Assembly: GCF_009834535.1 (NCBI RefSeq)
Contig: NC_045697.1
Span: 120,282,001-120,346,000 of the forward strand
Length of the DNA: 64,000 nucleotides
DNA from: Camelus ferus
Lineage: Eukaryota
Direction: 5' to 3'
Position numbers and translations under genes: made by a program. The number at the start of each line of letters is the position of its first letter. The stretch's first letter is position 1. Below, piece by piece: positions 62,160 to 64,000 of this stretch. The notes below the pieces were generated by a model. It made no database searches. It had not been told where the DNA came from and was given only the letters and a program-made list of their open reading frames with translations.

Positions 62160-64000
62160 GCTTGGGGGAATTGTGAAGCCCCACTTCACACACATGGCTG
62201 AGGGCAGAAGTTTTTCCCTGTTAGGTAGAAGTCCGCTAATTACCTCTACAGAACATCGTGGGGCACTCGCTGCTATTTGGAATTCCATCGCAAACCTCAG
62301 GATTCCCTTGCAGCCCGATCTTTGGAAACACAGAGTGAAAAGTATCTACTGGTGCTATTAGAACACATTCGCTGCTGACAAATATGGAAAACTTCGAACA
62401 CTCATGATAACAGAGTATATATTTCTGTGTGTGATGGAGTAGAAAAACACACTCCATGCATTTTTTTGGGGATCCAGTTTTTCCCAGGTTGGGAGATGTC
62501 GGCTATTTTCCTTCACTGCCCATGGGGATGCATTGACTTCTTCTTCGTTTTCAAGCCCAACTCCCAACATTCCCTTGCATCCCGGTCTTGGATTATACCC
62601 AGTGATGACAGTCTAAATGATTTTATCAGAGTTAGATGCTGCTGTCTTTTTTAGGAACTTCCAGAAACTTAGGATTCTGGATCACGGCTATGCTTGGGGG
62701 TAGCTTTGGACACCCACACTACAGAGATGGCTGGGGGCACAGGTTTTTCCCTGTTAGGGAGATGTCCGCTAATTACCTCCACAGTCCATCTCGGGTCACT
62801 CGATGATACAAGGCTTTCCAGCGCAACCGCAGCATTCCCTAGCAGGCCGGCATGGGAAAACACTCAGGGATAATATGCTATAGGTTGTATTGGAACCCAG
62901 TTGCTACCTACCGTTGTAGGCTCCTTCCCACATCTGGGATAACAGAAGAAATCTTTGTGTGTCTGATGGAGATGGGTAAACAAACTCCACGCATGTTTCA
63001 TGGGGCACAGTTGTTCCAAGGATGTGGGACGTCGGAAAATTACCTCAAATTCTCATGGCGAGTATCTCACTGCTGCTACGAATTACAGCCAAAACCACAG
63101 CTTTACCTGGCAGCTAGGCGTGTGAAAAATCTCACGGAAAATAAAATACAGGTGCTATTAGAACGCAGGAGCTGCTGATATTTGTAGAATCCTCCCCATA
63201 CTCAGGATAGCAGAACACATCTTTGTGTGTGTGATGGACTAGAAAAATACACTCCAGGCATATTTCTGGGGGTACAGCTGTTCCCAAGTTTTGGGATGTC
63301 GCCTAATTACCTCCACTGCCAATGGGGTGGCAATCTATACTTCTTTGCTTTGCAGACAGTCTCCCAAATTTCCCTTACAGCCCGGTCTAAGAAAACACCT
63401 AGGGATGACAATATTAGTGATTCTATCAGAAACCCGGTGCTGCTGGAAGTTGGAGGTACAACACAGACTCAAAATTCCGGAGCAAGATTTGGCTTGGGGG
63501 AGGTGTGGAGCCCCACACCACACAGATGCCTGGGGTCACAGATTTTCCTTTTTTATGAGAAGTCTGCTATTTAACTCTACAGTCAATCTCTGTGCACTCG
63601 TTGCTACTTGGATTTGCAGCCGAACCCCCAGTTTTCCCTCGCAACCCGCCCTGGAAAACACTCAGAGATTATAAGTTAATGGTTCTATTGGAACACAAGC
63701 ACTGCAGACCTTTGTAGGAACCTCCGCACACGCAGGATAACAGAAAATTTTTTTTGTGTCTCATTGAGATGGTAAAAGCTCCACGCATGTTTCAGGGTGT
63801 ACTTGTGTTCCTAGGTTGTGGGAGATCAGATACATCCCACTACAGCCCAAGGGGAAGTACTGGATCCTGCTTGGCTTTCCAGCATATCCCCCAGTTTCCT
63901 ATGCAACCCAGTCTGAGAAAACAATCAGGAAATATAGCTAAAGTTTCTATCAGAACCCCGGTGCTGCAGTCTGTTGTAGGAACTTCCACACACACAGGAT

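Larger units (their letters stand above)
1..64000. repeat. Tandem satellite DNA array, ~265-bp monomer (~241 copies), head-to-tail, organised in higher-order repeats
   Basis: The landmark TTTCCCT(T/C)GCAGCCCGG-like motif recurs at 927, 1191, 1458, 1724, 1991, 2258, 2525, 2787 and onward (spacing 262-267 bp). GCTAATTACCTCCAC and TTCTAT(C/T)(A/G)GAACC recur once per monomer to the end of the window. All copies are in the same orientation and I saw no unique sequence. Confidence 0.99.

Noticed and set aside
1..64000. All remaining 60-160 aa ORFs on both strands
   Set aside because: They overlap in several frames, recur with the monomer period, often use non-ATG starts and show no frame conservation.
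1..64000. CRISPR-like or cassette array (conserved motifs with variable intervals)
   Set aside because: The intervals are homologous to each other along the whole monomer rather than unique spacers, and there are no cas or integrase genes.
1..64000. Transposon or retroelement insertion, or strand inversion
   Set aside because: I saw no poly-A tail, target-site duplication, terminal repeats or non-satellite segment, and the landmarks stay on the same strand throughout.

Overview
The whole 64-kb window is one uninterrupted, single-orientation tandem satellite array, eukaryotic and probably (peri)centromeric or other heterochromatin. It holds about 241 diverged monomers of ~263-267 bp. I see no credible gene, RNA gene, transposon, CRISPR array or inversion; the ORF track only re-reads the satellite. 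The interest lies in the repeat architecture. Monomers fall into three classes (X, Y, Z) and about 20 subtypes, which I labelled by eye A-N, A2, B2, C2, E1-E3 and F2. They form nested higher-order repeats (HORs) consistent with an XYZ trimer giving an 11-mer (~2.9 kb) and then a 19-mer (~5.04 kb = 11-mer plus an eroded 8-mer). Derived forms include 16-, 13-, 12-, 10- and 5-mer variants, a ~36-mer (~9.5 kb) super-unit on the left, and two very recent near-perfect tandem duplications (2,916 bp and 4,249 bp). Almost all rearrangements are in register and leave chimeric monomers; one 131-bp deletion is out of register. Typing and boundaries were done by eye (about +/-10-30 bp). I found no new gene-based system.
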